A stretch of 33,669 nt of DNA, taken from NCBI GenBank assembly GCA_038851075.1, contig JAWCLG010000011.1, positions 1 to 33,669 on the forward strand, in the 5' to 3' direction. Shown here piece after piece: positions 32,762 through 33,669 of this stretch (within the stretch, counting starts at the first letter, position 1; each line of letters starts with the position of its first letter). Below the pieces are notes generated by a model. That model did no database searches and was not told the origin of the DNA. It saw nothing but the letters and a program-made list of their open reading frames with translations. The position numbers were made by a program, and so were the translations under genes. This DNA is from Candidatus Hadarchaeales archaeon (GTDB lineage Archaea; Hadarchaeota; Hadarchaeia; Hadarchaeales; Hadarchaeaceae).

Positions 32762-33667
32762 TTATCTGCTGGAGAGGATCTTCTCGGCCGCAAGGTTGAG
32801 AACGACCTCAGCTATGTCGCAGCTGTACTCGTATACCCTGCGCAGGCTCTCGGCGATAAACCTCAGCATGACAGCATCTCCAAGCAATTTTCTGCCGTGT
32901 ATCTGGTCCGCTATCGCTTTCTCAACTACAACCATTGATCCCTTTCCTTCGATTACGGCCTCGGCTAGCTCCGTGTCCTCCTTGAAAAGCGACTCCATGG
33001 CATTCTCGAAGTATTTCAACGCTATATCTTTCATCTCCACAAATTTTGTCTGCAGCTGAGGGTCAACTCTCCGCTCAATTTCCATTGCGTTTTTTGATAT
33101 CAGCGCTGCGTGGTCGGCTATTCTCTCAACGCTTTTGACGATCAACCGGTATCCCAGACAATCACGTGCGCTTCTCAGTCCTATATCGCCCAGCACCGCC
33201 CTATCTTTTACAGCGGATTTCAGCTGTCTTATGACATACATGCCGAATCGGTCAACGTCGTCGTCTCTGTCCACGATGCTTTCCGCCAAGTTCTGATCCC
33301 TGTTGTTCATCAGGGACAGGGCATCTTCCAGCATCGATTTGGCGATGAGCGCCATCCTCCTTATCGCGTCCTTCACGGGAAGTTCCGGGTAGCCCAGAAC
33401 GATTTTCACAACTATTTCGTTCGGCAGGTCCATTATCACCTCGGTTCCGGCAAGCTTGGTTCTGGTGAAACTTTTTACGGTCTCCCGCTGCGCGGGAGAA
33501 ATTCGGTCCCGGTCTGACAATATCCTGATCGTGTTGTAGCCCACAAGATAGAGCGACACCAGCTTTCTCGCTATCCTGTTTGGATCCTCATCTGGGGAAA
33601 TATTCAGGACGGCCTCATCCTTTTTAAATCGTTCCGTGACCGGTGCTGTGGTTATCAGAAGGGACAT
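32762..33667 (-). CDS. phoU: Archaeal phosphate uptake regulator PhoU (N-terminal AbrB-like part outside the window)
   Basis: RKLVSLYLVGY..I, two PhoU repeats RDDDVDRF...IRQL, KSVERIADHA, ESLRRV.EYS.DIAE..LN; frame runs to the window edge. Confidence 0.88.
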   Translation of the reverse strand: MSLLITTAPVTERFKKDEAVLNISPDEDPNRIARKLVSLYLVGYNTIRILSDRDRISPAQRETVKSFTRTKLAGTEVIMDLPNEIVVKIVLGYPELPVKDAIRRMALIAKSMLEDALSLMNNRDQNLAESIVDRDDDVDRFGMYVIRQLKSAVKDRAVLGDIGLRSARDCLGYRLIVKSVERIADHAALISKNAMEIERRVDPQLQTKFVEMKDIALKYFENAMESLFKEDTELAEAVIEGKGSMVVVEKAIADQIHGRKLLGDAVMLRFIAESLRRVYEYSCDIAEVVLNLAAEKILSSR

Positions 33668-33669
33668 GT

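Overview
Archaeal chromosomal window, judged from leaderless TATA-type promoters, GGAGGTG/GGTGA ribosome-binding sites and archaeal gene families; the lineage cannot be fixed from sequence alone. The left 16 kb is a cell-surface locus I cannot match to a described system. It holds a 5'-truncated giant protein (>3500 aa) whose Ig/FN3-like ectodomain is fused through one transmembrane helix to a cytoplasmic HerA/FtsK/VirB4-type ATPase. It also holds a membrane-anchored protein ending in the same 16-aa Trp repeat that occurs 13 times in the giant protein, a MinD/ParA ATPase with a coiled-coil partner, an active and an apparently dead S26 signal-peptidase pair, two paralogous exported proteins (one with a Zn-ribbon leader and an internal start), and a structured repeat-rich intergenic region. 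The right 17 kb is housekeeping: leuC-leuD-icd-like-leuB-ubiX-M50 protease-tmk, an HD dNTPase-like gene, an OFA-family MFS transporter, a glycogen/alpha-glucan cluster (GalT-like, GT4, debranching enzyme, GH57, GT4) and a truncated phoU. I saw no rRNA, tRNA, CRISPR array or mobile element. All counts were made by eye and no database search was run.
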